Below are positions 38,330 through 52,233 of a DNA stretch of 64,000 nucleotides, piece by piece (positions within the stretch are counted from its first letter, which is position 1; each line of letters opens with the position of its first letter). The stretch lies in contig OZ024740.1 in assembly GCA_964016885.1 (NCBI GenBank), forward strand, positions 275,280,001-275,344,000. The letters run 5' to 3'. A program made the position numbers and the translations under genes. The notes below the pieces were generated by a model, which searched no databases, was not told where the DNA came from, and worked only from the letters and a program-made list of their open reading frames with translations. The DNA is from Eledone cirrhosa (taxonomy: Eukaryota).

Positions 38330-40177
38330 TACATACAAAGAGATATTCACATCATGATTATTACCAATTTTATTATCAATTTTCCATTTTGACATAGGAT
38401 GGACAAAACAGTTTCAAGCAGTATTCTATAGCTAGAAGCCTTTCCTGACCTTACTGGTTACCCAAACCATGCTAATTTGAAGACAAATGTGGAGACAAAT
38501 ACATATACACATTTGTATGTATGTATATATCTGAAAGGTCAGTAGCCTTCATTAAGTACTGTCTTGGTCTGTTACAACCTGTCCATTCATGCAAGCATGG
38601 AAAAACCAATGTTTAATGAGTCTGGCTTAATTTGCAAGTCAGCTGGTGCAATGACCTAACATAGTAGAATGCATGAAGATACACCCCAGCCAGTAATGCT
38701 ATGAGAGAGAGACAGTTCAAGTGTCACACCCATGAACATGTCAGCAAAACAAAAGCAGGTCTACAAAAATCACCTGTATGCAATATTCAATGAAGGAATG
38801 ACACTCTTCTGACAAGAAGTAGCAATTGACAGAGAGGACTTTTCAGTTGAGATAAAAACTAAAAACATCTCCAGTTCTGATGCTATGAAAATGCACTCAG
38901 TACAGCTTGTTTGGTGGATGGTGATAGGAAGGGCATCCAGCCAAAGAAAGCTTGCAAAACAAAGAGTCAAGAGATCACTTCAGTTGTGTGAAAGACATGA
39001 CAATTTTCCTAGTGTTGGGGATCTACACAATAAACGCACACAGTACACACTGTTAAGTACTTGGTAATGAGAAGTGCATCTTGCCATAGATAGCTTGTCA
39101 AACAAAGGGATGGGAGGACCCTTTAGTTGTGAGAAAGACATTACAGCCTCAATAGTGCTGGAGTCTGATAGAATTAACTCACTAGACCATGGGATCATAT
39201 GAAAATAAGATGTAGGCTTCCAGCCCATCTATGGTGTCATATGAATACTGACCCATTTAAATATTGACTTGTTAAATGATGATTATATATATATATATAT
39301 ATATGCTATTGTGTTAAAAGCTTGTGCAGGCATATATGTGTACATATAAGTTTTGGTTGTTTATGTTCTTTTCTTCTACAAAATTATTTCTTGATTATTT
39401 TCAATATTAATTCCTAGTTAGTGGAATAAAATAACTTCCAAGCACTATAAACATTCTCCATGTATTAAGCTAGCAAATTAAAGGGTAAAACCCCACTTAG
39501 ATCAGAAATGATCATGAGATTTGCAGCTAGAAAGTTTCCCTTCTAAGGCACAAGTCCGGGCAAGGTGTTTTTGTGGAAGACTAACATTCACCCATGCATA
39601 CAAGTCCACCCTCTTCATGCCACCGATATTGTCCAAGAGAAAGGCAAAGACTGATACAGCTTGGCATCAGTGACATTATTACTCATTTCTACAGCTGAGG
39701 GAACTGGAGCAACATGAAATAAAAGGTCTTTCTCAAAAACACAATGCATTTCCAGGTCCAGCAATCAAACTTACAACCTCACAATTAAGATTCCAATACT
39801 CTAACCACTAAGCCATAAATTACTTTACTGAAATTTAATAAATTCTGTGAGGGTGACCTTACATTTCTCAGGAATATTAGTAAACTTTACATAGACCAAT
39901 GATAAATGAACAAATCTAATTTCTTTCATTCTCCCAGCTGCAGTTTTGTGGTAACATTTTTCTAATGGCTTCAACAGATTATATTATATAGCTATGTCAA
40001 ATCAACTCTATATACTGCCTTCAATGAGTTAATTTGAAATATATATATATATATATATATGTAAAGCCAATGGATGTAGGAGTGCTATTGTTCAAATCGA
40101 AATATAAGATTTAATAAGGAAATATGAAAAATTATCTATTAATAGGAGCAAAGGCATATACCTGCCTATCTATCTAT

Positions 40178-40266
<89 letters not shown>

Positions 40267-40904
40267 CTCTCCCTCTCTCTCTCTCTCTCCCGCTCTCCCT
40301 CTCACTCTATATAACTATATATATATATATTATCATCACCGTTTAATGTCCATTTATCCTAGTTAGAATGGGTTAAACGAGTTTTCCTGTTAAGTAACCG
40401 TGTCATACAGAACTGATTCTGGCTTGGTTTCTACAGCTGGATATATATATCATCATTTAATGTCTACTCTCAGTACTGAAGCAGGGCTACTGACCTTCCA
40501 GATAGGCCACGGGCTCTACATTTTATTTAAGTATGGTTACACATTCTACTGAATACACAAGAGAGATTGTCATGTCTTTGACACAACTGAAGGGTTCTCC
40601 CACCTTTGTTTGGCAAGATTTTTACTGATGAAGGCCCTTCCTATCACCAACCATTTTACAAGTAGTGGGTGTTTTTATCATGTAGATCAAAGGTTCTCAA
40701 CCCATTTCGGCCAAACCCATTTTGCCCCTCGAAATCACGAAACGTCCCCCTACCCTAATTTTCCATTTTCAAATATACTACTGATTTTGATATCAGTAGA
40801 TTACTGAGCCAAATCAAGTTATGTTAGAATCTTTAAAAAATACTCATACCAATTAAATACAAAAAAGTTTCAGTCCAAAACAAAAGCAAGCTATTACAAA
40901 TTAT

Positions 40905-43900
40905 ATCATCAACATCATCATCATCATCGTTTAACGTACATTTTCCATGCTAGCATTGGTCTAGACGGGAATTGTCCCACTTGAGGCAAGATTGGTTGTC
41001 TTGCTCAGGACTGTCTGGTGGGTTTTCTACGGCTGGATGCCCTTCCTAACACCAACCACGTTTACAGTGTGGACTGGGAGGTTTTTACCGTGTTACCTAC
41101 ATGGCCACATTACAGCGTGGACTGTGTGTTTTTTTGTTGTGACACCTACACGACCTCATTTATTTAGGACTGGATGTTGTGGTATCAACATAGCTTTACA
41201 TTGAAAGGGGTGGTATAGATGGCGGTGGGGGTAGGGTTTGTGGGACGGGGGTGTATTTTGGTTAAGAGGTGCCTACTGACTGTAGGTTTCGCTTTGTACT
41301 TAGGCAAGGCAGGTCTTCTGTATTACTACGTAGCGCCAAAGATCTCGGTCCAGTGACATTGTTTTGGAGAGGTGTAAGTGTGTGAGGTCGGATTTTATCA
41401 AGTTGTCCCAGTTTTTCTGGGTCTGCCTACTCCGTGGCTACCGTCTATTTTGATCGCCCTGCACTTTTTTATACAGCTGTCATCTTTCATGTGCATCACG
41501 TGACCATACCAACGTAGTCTTCTCTCAAGTAAACAGTATCTGATCCCTCTTATTGCTAATTTCTCACTTAGTTCATTTATGCTTTGCCGTTCGCGTATAT
41601 TACTATTACACATCCAACGGAACATGCAAGCTTCGTTCCTCTCCAGTCTGCGCAGATCCTCTGCACACAAGGCCCAGGTCTCACTTCCATGTAACATCTC
41701 TGTTCGTATGCAGGCATCATACCGCCTGCCTTTTATTTTTAGAGAGAAACCTTTAGCGGCCAATAGTGGTATAAGCTCTCTGAATTTTTTCCAACCAGTT
41801 CTGACTCTAGCTACTGTACTTTCAGAGCATCCTCTAACACTGCTGATTTTGTCACCCAGTTAACGGAAGGTGTCCACTATTTCTATAGAACCATCTGGGC
41901 AATGGAATGAGCTAGTATTCTTTGGGCGTTTGCTGCTACTTATTACACCAGAGCACCGGCCACATATAAAATCTATATTCTTAGTTAGCTAACCTGTGAT
42001 CCCACTACATCTTTTATGCACCCATACTTTGCATTTGGGACATACAATTGAGTTTCTGCCTACTCCTTTCCTACACACTGAGCATGGCCATTTCCCAGAT
42101 GGGACCAGTGCCCTATTCTCCTTCCTACATATTAGGGCTTTAGTCTTAGACAAGTTAACTTTGAGGCCTTTTGATTCTAGGCCATGCTTCCATGTTTGGA
42201 ATTTCTTCTCTAGTTCAGCCATTGATTCGGCTATGAGCGTTAGATCATCTGCGTATAGAAGTTCCCATGGGCAGCCGGTCTTGAACTCCTCTGTTATAGC
42301 CTGGAGGGCGATAATAAATAGGAGGCGGCTAAGGGCGGAGCCCTGATGAACACTGACTTTTATGCTAAATTCTTCACTATATTCGTTGTTAATTCTAACC
42401 TTGCTGACTGTTTCTTTATACATGGCTTGTATAGCTCTCACAAGCCATTCATCTACATCTAGTTTTCTAAGAGCCCACCAGATAATGGAGCGTGGGACTC
42501 TGTCAAAGGCTTTCTCCAGGTCTACAAAAGCTAAGTAGAGGGGTTTACTTTTAGCTAGGTACTTCTCTTGTAGTTGTCGTACAATGAAAAGAGCGTCTGT
42601 GGTACTTTTACAAACTGCATTTCATCTAGATCAATTCGCTCTCTGATTAGTTGCGCTATTACTTTTTCTGTGACCTTCATGATCTGGTCAATTAATTTAA
42701 TGCCTCTATAGTTTCCCCTATCTTGTAGCAGTTAATGATGATGATGCTATGCCAGTCCTTTGGTACGACCCCATTCTGTATAACTTGGTTAACTATCCGG
42801 GTGACCATAGTGTTTCCCACCGTTCCAGATGCTTTCAGCATTTCAGCAACTATTTCCGAAGGCTCTGCCGCCTTGCCCGTCTTCATATCTTTGATTGCCT
42901 TACTTATTATACTACCTTCAACTTGCACTGCTGGTCCCTCTATTGGATCGATGTGGGGGAGGCCGTCTTTCTCCCATTTATTCTCCTCATTTAGTAGCCT
43001 TTTGTAGTGACACTGCCAAGCTACCTTCTTATCAGCGTCAGTGATGGCCAGTACACCATCATCATTACGGACACACTTCTCCCCGACAATATCACGGTTC
43101 TCCTTGACACATTGCCTAGCAATCCTGAACGCCTCACGTTTTTGGTCCTCGCGTTGTAGAGCATGCTTGAACTTTCTTTCCTCTGCTTCCCTTCTTGCGA
43201 AGTACACTTGTCTCCTAGCTTCCCTTCTGGCCACTTGATAGTCTTCTCTACTTCCCCCATCCTGCCATACTTTACAAGCCTGATTTTTGGCCTTGATCGA
43301 CTCCTCCACCTTACTGTTCCACCACCAAGTTACTCTCCTCCTGCCTATAGGTCTGCTCCAACCACAGATTTCATCTGTCGCCTTCAGCAGGTTAGCTTTC
43401 AGGAATTCCCACTGTTCCTCTATATTGTACGACTCTAATTGCTCTTCCTTACTGTCAAAAGCATCAAGTAATATGCTTTTAAATTTATTACTGGCAGTGG
43501 GGTCCTTTAACTTCCATATTTTTCTCCTAAGGATAGTCCTCCTCTGTTGTCGAATAAGTCCCGTCCTGACTATGAGGTCGCTAACTATGAGGCTATGTTG
43601 GGAGGTGCATTCTTCATGGGGGAGGGATTTAGTGTTTACAACAGACACTCTATCTCGTCTTCTGGTAAGGATATAATCTATCTGACTGGCGTGTTCCCCT
43701 GATCTATAGGTGATCAAGTGATTGTCTCGTTTTTTGAAGTTTGTGTTACAGATAGTTAGATTATTTGCGTCACAGAATTCTAGGATTCTGGAGCCTTCCT
43801 CATTTCTAGTACCAAACCCATAGCCTCCATGGATTCCGTCATAGCCGTCACAGTGACCATTTATGTCGCCAGCAATAATTCTATAGTCACTGGCGGTTAT

Positions 43901-44506
43901 TTGGGAGGTAATGAGCATTAACGACTCATAGAATCTGTCTTTTATAAGGCCAGGCAGTCCGGGTTGGGGTGCATACGCAGATATTACTGTCACAGTAGTT
44001 ATATTGAGGACTAGTCTTATTTTAATTATTCTGTCGTTCACTTTATTTACGTCTATTTTCTTATCTACCCATTTTTCTGCTAGCATGATTCCTACTCCAC
44101 CCAGCCCATTTCATTTCCCACCCACAAAAGCTTATAGCATCATTTTTTTACCTACAATGAATCTAACAGACCCACCCCTCCATCTGGTCTCTTGAATACA
44201 GCAAACATCAACCTCCTTACGTTCAAGCATCTCTACAACCTCGTTAGAGCGACCTTTTAAGGTACCTACATTCATGGTACCAACTCTGAAGTTTTGGATT
44301 GCGTTTGGTGGGTGGGAAGAACAGGGCGCAGGGAGGGGTGAGGGAGATGGGGCTATGTTAGCCGTCCACGGCCTAAATAAAGAGGAGGAGTCCTTGCATT
44401 CTCGTCCGGCAGCATGAGGTGAATTTGTCTTTGGCATTGTCACTGAGTGTCCAGATTTTTCACACTCTCCAGAATTCCGTAGTCCATCCATCATATCGAA
44501 AGGCAA
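40905..44506 (-). mobile_element. Near-full-length RTE-clade LINE (second subfamily), inactivated
   Basis: APE (VGTMNVGTL, QETRW, SAYAPQ, QIDYIL) at 42692-44506; RT (LLYADD) at 41989-42690; C-terminus at 41300-41870; long 3' UTR and (GAT)n tail. The 5' UTR may extend to ~44950. Confidence 0.95.
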
Positions 44507-45610
44507 CCAGGTCTAAACTTAAGTGATAACATAGGCCGCTGACTTATGTTTGGTCCAAATAATAATGGTGGTGAATAGAAGGGGGGGGGGGGTCTGTGGT
44601 AGTTAGCGAGAAGGTTATAAAATAAAATCCACGAAATTTTGGCCATAATCGAGCGAGCATATAACTGTAATAAGGGAAGAATTATGGGATTTTAAAATAC
44701 AAGAAGATTATTTTGAATGATCAGACAGAATTATCGAATAGCATTGAAAAAGAAAAGGTTGAATTCTGGACGATATGATACAGATAGATGAATGGACAAG
44801 GGAACATGGAGAGACGAGAAAATAGGATTCGTACATTACATTACATTTCACAGAAGAGCGAGCGAGCGATGTAGCTAAGAATATGGGTCGATAAATTCTG
44901 AGTTCCGTACCCCGCAACGATGGGATTGAAAGAGAGCCAGCAGGCATGTATACAATGTATGCGGGATTTTTTAAAAATAGACATGAATGTTCTCAAAGAT
45001 TTGATCTCAGTCAAAAAAGATTTTTTTTTTAAATTCTATATTTCACGGTTAGCTGTTGTAATATTTTAAGTGGATAGACAATTCTGCAATTCAAACTGTA
45101 AAGTCAAAATACAAAAGATGCAAAATATGAAGAATTTCTTACCTTTCTCTGAAATCACAAAAGCAGGGGAAAAATAGTACCTTGCAAAATAAAATACTTA
45201 GTAGCAACGAATGAATTGAGAAGCTTTGTGACAGTGAGAAAGCATTATCTGTATCCCTTATATATATACATAGATAGATACACACACAGACACACATATA
45301 CATACACACACACAAACGTGTGTGTGCCTTGGTTCTGATACAGAAAGAATTTTGTCTCCAGTCTTTATTGCCGGGTCAAAGGCCACTGCTCTTTTCAACA
45401 ACGCCATATATATATATATAAATGGACAGAGAGAGTAGGAAATATGTGTGTGTTTGGTACACGTCTATCTATATATCTATCTATCTCCAACAGGGGGCTC
45501 AAACATGCAGCCCGCGAACTACTTTTCTGTGGCCCATTGTAGAACCTATATATAGAAAATATATATATATATATATATATAAATTATACACACAGACACA
45601 CACATATATA

Positions 45611-45654
<44 letters not shown>

Positions 45655-45717
45655 TTACACACTTAAATATAAATGCGTAGCTATATATATACGTAAGTGT
45701 ATGTATGTATATATGTA

Positions 45718-45762
<45 letters not shown>

Positions 45763-45767
45763 GAATG

Positions 45768-46018
45768 TATATATTGTGTATTTGGTAATACACTGTATGC
45801 TTAATTAAAAGCATTTTGAAGACCTTACGCTATTGTTTTAAAGTAGTGACTATTTCACTTACTTCTTTTTCCAACAGTATGAAAGAGAGATCTTCAGCTT
45901 ATCTCTCTTTGTTTGTTGAAAAAAGAAGTGACATAGTCACTAATTTAAAACAATAGCGTAAGGTCTTCAAAATGCTTTTAATTAAGCATACACTGTTTTA
46001 CCAAATACACTATATATA
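45768..46018. repeat. ~250-bp near-perfect palindrome
   Basis: gtgtatttggtaa..aagcattttgaagaccttacgctattgtttta.. is mirrored around 45891-45900. Confidence 0.9.
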
Positions 46019-46239
46019 CTTTGATATATACATCGCTATTTCAGAGCGCCAATTCTAATATATATATATATATATAACGAAGGAAATGTGGTAAGGAACC
46101 AGGTGGACCATAACGCACCAAAGTACTCAATACTTAGGGTAGTAGAGTAGAAATATATATAAATCTACATACATACATATATATGTATGTAGATTTATAT
46201 ATATATATATATGTATGTAGATTTATATATATATATATA

Positions 46240-46582
46240 TCATCATCATCATCATTTCATTTCACGTTCGCATTTTCCCTGCTTGCAAGGGTGGGACGGA
46301 ACTGATTCTGGCGTGATTTCTACAGCTGGATGCCCTTCCTAACACCAACCTCATTTACAGTGAGTGCTGGGTGCTTTTTTTCCGCGGCACCTCCACGACC
46401 ACTTTGCAGTGGAATGATAGGGACCCCAGTCCCTATCATCTCATTTCTACAGCTGAGTAAACTGGAGCAATGTGAAATAAAGTGTCTTGCTCAAGGAAAC
46501 AACACATCACCCGGTCTGAGAATTGAACTCACAACCTTTCGATTGCAAGGCCAATGCTCGAACCACTAAGCCATGTGCCTCC
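46240..46582 (-). mobile_element. Full-length composite SINE family C
   Basis: tRNA-like head (tggcttagtgg, gagttcaattc), ccttgagcaag core, and an RTE-derived body and (GAT)n tail. Another full copy lies at 52613-53046. Confidence 0.88.
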
Positions 46583-49500
46583 ATTATATAGTTGAATAAA
46601 TGAACAGAGAACAAAAAACAGAGAGGCAGTACAAATGATATGGTTTTTAATTTCACGCATACATACATATATACATACATACATTTACGTATGTATATAG
46701 CTATGCATTTATACATTTGTATATATACATGCATTTATTTAAGTGTGTAAGGACGTTGATATGATTTATGGTTTGTTTTTTTTTTGTAAAGAGAAAATTC
46801 TGGCTCCAGATTTTATTACCTAGGGAGATTAAATACCACAGCTCTGGCTGAAAGCTGACCAGGTTCCCAACCTCATCAAACACTAACGCAGACCTGTGTG
46901 TGTATATATGTGTGTGTGTGTATGTATGTATGTATGTATTGGTGCTACTGGTAACATGTATCCCAGTACAACCTGTCTCATGGTCGGGTCGTTGGCGACT
47001 AAACAAGGTTTCTTGGTGAGGAGGGTGACTTTGGACATCCTGCAGGACTAAAAACAAAACCTTTCAAAGGGCAAAGGAGCTCTTAAAAGCCAATGACCAT
47101 CCAAAATCACCGGGAGAGATGACCCCTTAGCCTTTGTCAAGGCAGAATTCTAGGAGAAGGAAAACTCTGATATAACACCTGCAACCCTGATGGTATCCAA
47201 TGATGTTGACTTGTTCTTCTTTTTGGTAAATATCATCTTGGTTAAGAGAGTGGGACTGGCTTTGTGCAGTGCCTTTGCTCACTATAAAAGCTTCCCGGCA
47301 CAGGCATTGATTTATATCTGGAGATTTCTCTGCACTTGTCGTCACATGGTACCATGGGCCCAGCACTATGTGTCAATAATTGTCACAAGTGTAGTGTTTG
47401 TACCAGAGTTTTCAAGTCGCTGGCTGGACTAAAAAGTCACACTCGTTCAGCGCATCAGTAGGGGTTCTCCTACATGGATATAAAGTAGTGGCCGTACTCG
47501 AAAACGAGTTGGCAGCCACCATATATGTATGTACGTATGCATGTGTGTGTATGTTCGTATGTATGTATACACCCACAGCTTTCATCACCATTGCTTCTTT
47601 TTCGTGTAATTTCTGTTGAAGTTGTTCTTGTTGTCAAAGTTGTCTTATGTTCATTTTCTTTGATTTTTTTTGTTTTTCTTTTATCTCCCTAGGGAATTCG
47701 TTAACAAGGTTCTTTTATTTATTTTCTTCGTTTTCTTCATTCAAATGCATTCACACTGGCTGTCTCAGATACGTACAAATATGGCTTATAAAACTTACCA
47801 AACTAAAGGAGCTTCCAGCGCCCCTCTAGTGCCCCGCAAAGTTTCAAACGCCCCCTCCCCCCTACCGCCCGCTTGCTTCAAAACGCCCCCCTGGAACTAC
47901 GAAAAAACGCCCGCCCCCGGTGGGCAGCGGCATATGCCCCCCCCCCCCGTTGAGAACCTTTAATGTAGATCACCAACAATAGATAGGTCTTCCCATCATA
48001 ACACAATGGAAGGTTCTCTCAACCCCTTTTTTAGGCATTGTTTCTTCAATAGCATGCCCTTTCTGTCACCAGCCACCTTATAGAGTATATTGGGTGCATT
48101 TTCATGGCACCAACATTAGAGAGGTTGTTGGTACTTGTCCCAACGGAACAGCTCACTCTTCTCTACGGAGAGTGGGAGTAATAGATGGGAGATAAATATA
48201 AAGTTGTAGCATGTGTGGTGTGATTTGACAGGGTAATGGGTAGGGATAGTATAGGGGAAGGAGATACAGTGGTAAGAATACTGAAGCAGATATAGTAGTG
48301 GAGGTGTGGGAGTGGGGGCTTGGCTTATTTGGTCAATAGCATGGGGTAGAGGTAGGGAATGTTACTGGAAAATGAAGGGAAAGGGAGTGGAGTGATTAAC
48401 TAAGGTGTGATAGTGGAGAGGGAATGGTTGGTGTTCATAGGGGTGAAGAGAGTAACTACTAGTTTACAATAGTGAGGATATGGAATGGCTTTTCCATCCT
48501 CTGGGGAAATGCCTTCTCCATTCTGTCCACCGGGGCTGTGAGACGGCCAGCACATGGGACCCCATTTGCTCACTATACAGATAGATGGGGAGGGCAAGAG
48601 AGATGGGTGAGGATGACGGTGGGAGTTCAGCTCTTCCGTGTTCGGACACATTGCACCTGTCAAGAGTGTATCTTATATTTCATTTGATGACTTTAGATTA
48701 AATGTCTAGTATGATTTTACAATAACAGTAAAAAAAAAGATCTAAGGGCTTTATATGAGGAAGAAACTAAGGAGTGATAGTGAAGGGTGTATGGATGGAA
48801 TAGTGGTAGGGTGGGCTGTATTCATAGTGGGGATAGTTGCTAGGGAATGCTAGTGGAAGTAAGAGGGGGACATGGGAATAAGTTAAGTCACCTTTTATGG
48901 TGTTGGCAGGTCTTCACCAGCATAGCATAGAGCCATCCCACATGGTCCTTTGTCATTTCTGTTGTGAGGTCTATTTTTTTTTTAAAGTTGGTTGGTGTTC
49001 ACAACCTCATCCCAAGTCATCCTTGGTTGCAGATTATAAGTGTAAGCAAACAATTTCTGCTTTCACCCTTATAAAGGATCTTCTGAAACTTTTATATAGA
49101 CAAAAATATAAGAATTTTGAAAATATTACAAGCAAATATCGCCTTTAAAAATAGAAAGACATAATGGCAATATGTGAAAACTTTCAAACATGTTACATCT
49201 ATTTGTATGCAAAGAGAATAATTCAGTTAGTGAGGCAAGAGGAACTAATGCATGCTATGAAGAATTCTTGTGGCTTATTTGCATTTTAAATTAGCAAAAT
49301 ATTTTCATGCTACAATGTATGACAAATTTGTTAATCTAATCAAAGTAATGATTTTCAACCTAAAGATACTGATGGTATTAATAACAACAACAATATAAAA
49401 ATAATAATAAATGACAATGATTTAGATGAAGATGTGTTTTACATATAAATATACATATTTGATAGGTATATAAAGTTACAGAGATGCTGAAAAAGAATAA

Positions 49501-50961
49501 TAGATAATATGTTGGTGTGAAAGAAATATAGAAAAAGAGTGTATATTGACAAAGAGAGAATGTTGTATACAGTCAGATATATACTGAAATGCTGACTCAC
49601 TGTCAAAGACATATACAAACACTCATGCTTTTTCATACACACAACATACCGTTCTTGTGTAATTGTTAAAAAGAACTCTGTAATTGTTAAAAAGAACAAT
49701 GCCAGGGATTACTCCTGTAGAAGGCCAGTTATTTGGTTTTAAAAATGTTATCCACGTGAAGAAGACACTTATGTGAACACTTGACATTAGTTTCTGGTGT
49801 GTCTGGGAAAATTGAAAAACATTCTACTGTTTTCTTTGTTGTACTTGTGGTACTGCTTGCATCAGTATAGCCTCAACTCTAGTGTCTGGAGGCCTTTAAA
49901 AAAGCAAACATATATGCACATACGTATGTATGTGCATATATGTGTAGACATATACAGGCAGCAAAACAAATATACTTCAGATACATATAATTGTAAAACG
50001 GTGATGATGATACATATATATACACACTTAGGCATACATACACCCCCACTATATATATGTGCGTGTGTGTATATATATACATAAATATATATATGCACAC
50101 ATCTATATAAACATACATACATACCTATATATATCATCATCATCATCATCATCATCATCGTTTAACGTCCATATTCCACGCTTGCATGGGTTTGGACGGG
50201 AGTTTTCCCACTTGAGGCAAGAGTGATTGTCTTGCTCGCATAGGACTGTCTGACGGGTTTTCTACAGCTGGATGCCCTTCCTAACACCAACCACATTTAC
50301 AGTGTGGACTGGGAGGTTTTTACCGTGTTACCTACACGGCCACATTACAGCGTGGACTGTGTGTTTTTTTGTTGTGACACCTACACGATCTCATTTGTTT
50401 CGGCCTGGATGTTGTGGCACCAACATAACTTTACATTGAAAGAGGCGGTGTGGATGGGGTGGGGGTGGTGGGACGGGGGTGTATTTTGTTAGAGGTGCCT
50501 ACTGACTGTAGTAGGTTTTACTTTGTATTTAGGTAAGGCGGGTCTTCTCTATTACTGAGTACCGCCAAAGATCTCGGTCTAGTGACATTGTCTTGGAGAG
50601 GTATATAGATACATTTATATAAGTTCATAGACACACATGGACATATGCAATGTGGTACCTATTCTGGCACATCACATTCTACGTTCATATTCTCCTGCCT
50701 GTTGCCAGTTTCCTTGTAGATTCAAATGTAGCCTTCAGGATCTGGCTAACCAATAACCATCATCACCACTGTTTAACATCCATTTTTCAATGTTAACATG
50801 AGATAGACATGTTGACCTGTTGTGAGACAAATCAGATCAGATGGCCATGTTTTTTGCTCATACAGAACTGTTTCTGGCTTGGTTTCTATGTCTGGATGCT
50901 CTTCCTAATGCCAACCACATTTACAATGTGTACTGAGTGCTTTTTGTTGTGTTACCAACAT

Positions 50962-51160
50962 CAGGCATGTCAAACTGAGGGTCCCCCGAGGAACACGTGG
51001 GTCACATATGAGTCGTCTGAGGGCCACATAGAACAACTAATTGCGCACATTACAACAGATTTTTTATTTTATATTACAAAGATAAAACAAGCTCGCGCTG
51101 TAAAAACCTTTGTGCAGGCCGCAGGTGTGCTTGTAATGGGCTTCATGTTTGCCATGCCTG
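50962..51160. mobile_element. hAT MITE
   Basis: TIRs caggcatgtcaaac / gtttgccatgcctg; TSD accaacat/acctacat. Confidence 0.85.
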
Positions 51161-51320
51161 ACCTACATGACCACATTACAGTGTGGGCTGTCAGATATAA
51201 TAATGTGTCAGTTGCATCAACATTGATATGTATTAAAGGCAGACCCTTCACTGAAAGAGTATAAAAGCTAAAAGAGATTACACACAAAAACACATACATA
51301 TCATTCCTTATTCTTTAGAG

Positions 51321-51722
51321 TGGTGGACTGGCAGAAATATGAGAACACCAGACAAATGCCAAGCAGAATTTCTTCTTACTCTTTATCTTCTGAGTTCAAA
51401 TCCCACTGAGGTCATATTTATTTTTCATCAATCTGGGGTTGATAAAATAAAGTACCACTAAATACCTTGGCTCAATATAATTGATTTTCCCCTCCTCCAA
51501 AATTGCTGACACTCTTCTATTAGAAATCATTATTTTTGCATTGGCAGTATCGATAGAGGGTCGGACGCCATCCTTTGCAGCAAAGAGTTACGGACTTGTA
51601 TGGTCTGAGTTCAAATCCCGCCGAGGTTAACTTTGCCTTTCATCCTTACGGGGTCGATAAAATAAAGTACCAGTAATGTACTGAGTAATTGCTGGCCTTG
51701 TGCCAAAAGTAGAAACAATTAT
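51321..51722 (+). mobile_element. Two family A SINEs (old plus young)
   Basis: Both carry the family A consensus motifs. Confidence 0.8.
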
Positions 51723-51808
51723 TTTATTTTACTATATAGTGTAAACACATCTAATGATTGAAATGATAAAATAAATTATTTTACTGATTTCAGTAATTGA
51801 ACTAAGGC

Positions 51809-51997
51809 CAGGCATGTCAAACGAGGGTCCCCCAAGAACCACATGGGTCACATATGTGTTGTCTGAGGGCCATACATGACAACTAATTGCGCACATTACA
51901 ACTAATATTTTTAAAATTTTATATTACGCTCGCACTGTAAAAATCTTTGTGCAGGCCACAGGTGTGCTTGTAAAGGGTCACATGTTTGGCATGCCTG
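51809..51997. mobile_element. hAT MITE (same family as 50962)
   Basis: Same TIRs as the copy at 50962; perfect 8-bp TSD ACTAAGGC. Confidence 0.9.
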
Positions 51998-52176
51998 ACT
52001 AAGGCCATGTTGGGAGACTGTCTTGAACGATTTATTTTTAGTTATTGAATCTAGTATTTATTGTCTATGTTTGATACTTATTTTTTTTATCCCTATTTGT
52101 TGAATTACTAAATTCCATGACATAAACATAGAACCTAAATACAGACGCAGGGACATACATTCACACAAACACATAA

Positions 52177-52233
<57 letters not shown>

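Larger units (their letters stand above)
40688..47962. mobile_element. hAT-type element expanded to 7.3 kb by nested insertions
   Basis: TIRs caaaggttctcaac / gttgagaaccttta match at 13/14 positions. There is a perfect 8-bp TSD, ATGTAGAT, at 40680-40687 and 47963-47970. Confidence 0.8.
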
